A stretch of DNA of 64,000 nt from Chrysomallon squamiferum (Eukaryota; Animalia; Mollusca): assembly GCA_012295275.1 (NCBI GenBank), contig CM022678.1:17794001-17858000 (forward strand), given 5' to 3'. The notes beneath the pieces are model-generated. The model was given only the letters and a program-made list of their open reading frames with translations. It had not been told where the DNA came from and ran no database searches. The first letter of the stretch is position 1; every line of letters begins with the position of its first letter. Positions 62,635 through 64,000 of the stretch are shown one piece after another. A program made the translations under genes and the position numbers.

Positions 62635-63641
62635 AAATAAAGAACTTATTCATTGCTAACTCAAAAGTGAGTTATGCAATTTAATCCCCAATTTGATTCA
62701 TAAGATCTCATTTTCAGCATCAAGCGCTGTAACAGATAATCTATTTCGTAAATGTGATTTTTATCTTTAGATTTGAAAATAAAGTTGATTGAAGAAATTG
62801 TTTCAACCATATCAGTGAAAAGATTAAAAAATAAAAAATGTTTCACAAAAGAAATATGAACAGTAGATAGAAGATGATTTTTTGTATTTTTAATCTTTTT
62901 AACAGTTGTATAGCAGAAGTTCTGAAATAAAATCACTCAATATTAAATTTTAAAAGTAACAATTTAAATAAAATAAGTACTTAGTTAGTTTAATTTAGTT
63001 TAATTTAATTTAATTTAATTTATTTACCTTCTAGAGTGGAACACACTGATGATGTCTGATGGATCTGTAGTTATCATAGATTATAGTGAAGCAGTCAAAA
63101 AGACAGGGGATGACGACTATTGGCAGATTTTCAGGCTGTTTTACACCTTGTTCAATGGAAAAGAGTTTCATGATGAAGATATGCAAAATCCAAAAACATT
63201 TGAAGAAGTAATAATAGAAATACTATGATTATAGTTCCTTTATCATTATGATTCTTATTATTGTTGTTATTTTCATTATTATGGTTAATATTGATATTTT
63301 TTATTCCTTGGTTATTGTTGATATTATTTTTATTATTATTGAATACCTTCAAAATTGTTAAAACATAAAATGTACATTTTAATGACAAAATGAAAAAGTC
63401 ATAATTAATTTATTTTGTTCTTGTTGATGTTGTTGCTGTTACTATAGCTTTTTCTCATTATTACAATGAATTTTATTTTACATTTGTTTTGTTTTGTTTT
63501 ATCTGTTTGTATGTTCGTTTGCTTTATTTTATTTTATTTTATTTTATTTTATTTTATTTTATTTTTTTACTATTATTTATTTGTGTATTTGTTTTTGCTA
63601 GATCTTGGAAGATGTGAAAGAATTGCCTGAAGAATTGGGAG
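57525..63641 (+). CDS. Multi-exon NIK/Tpl2-like non-RD protein kinase, inverted copy K2 (continues beyond the window; first exon possibly 57128-57160)
   Basis: Phase-consistent exons: 57525-57591, 58933-58991, 59478-59675, 60004-60070, 60746-60843, 61051-61185, 61515-61650, 62086-62235, 63035-63207, 63602-63641. Motifs GKGSKG, HAVK, HGDLTEWN, DYS, DYWQIFRLFYTLFNG. Confidence 0.8.
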
Positions 63642-64000
63642 GTAATACAACTGAAAATACAGAAGAATGCATGTACCAGACTGATTAGATCATTTCTATT
63701 ATATTTTTATCATTCTTTTCATCTTCAGTTGTTGTTTTTTTTTCATTATTTTTCCATGAATACCTTGTTGTATTTAGTTAAAAATCTATAACTGTGATTG
63801 ATAATTAATTACGGTGAAACAGGTGGTAAATTCTAGGGAGGTCAAGTAGAAATATGTTCAGTTTTGTTTATTTAATTATTCAAATTTTCACGTGTTCATT
63901 CATTCATTTATTCATTCAGTATCTCAGTTATTTATATATTTATTTTCCGTTATTTAATATTATTCCTTTCTTGTTTTTTTGTTGTTTTTTCTCGTTCATT

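Overview
AT-rich, microsatellite-laden animal genomic DNA with GT-AG introns. The gene content suggests an invertebrate, probably a mollusc or other lophotrochozoan (inference). In order along the window: (1) three tandem C1q globular-domain terminal exons (+); (2) a two-coding-exon nanos-like gene (-); (3) three effector-less C2H2 zinc-finger genes (+); (4) a 7-exon CRAL-TRIO gene, alpha-tocopherol-transfer-protein/clavesin-like (-); (5) a hAT-type MITE; (6) an intronless 1964-aa DEAH helicase-RRM-KH-like-RBR E3 ligase fusion, with IRF-like sites upstream; (7) a head-to-head inverted pair of multi-exon NIK/Tpl2 (MAP3K14/MAP3K8)-like non-RD kinase genes (about 45-57 kb on -, 57 kb to beyond the window end on +). 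The kinase pair is the most unusual element. Both copies splice in frame and lack a normal activation segment. Their N- and C-termini are built from duplicated exon modules. Their kinase exons differ almost only by amino-acid-changing substitutions, while an adjacent intron is about 98% identical. Together the region looks like a fast-evolving innate-immune locus (inference). All gene models were derived by hand from splice consensus and reading-frame phase.
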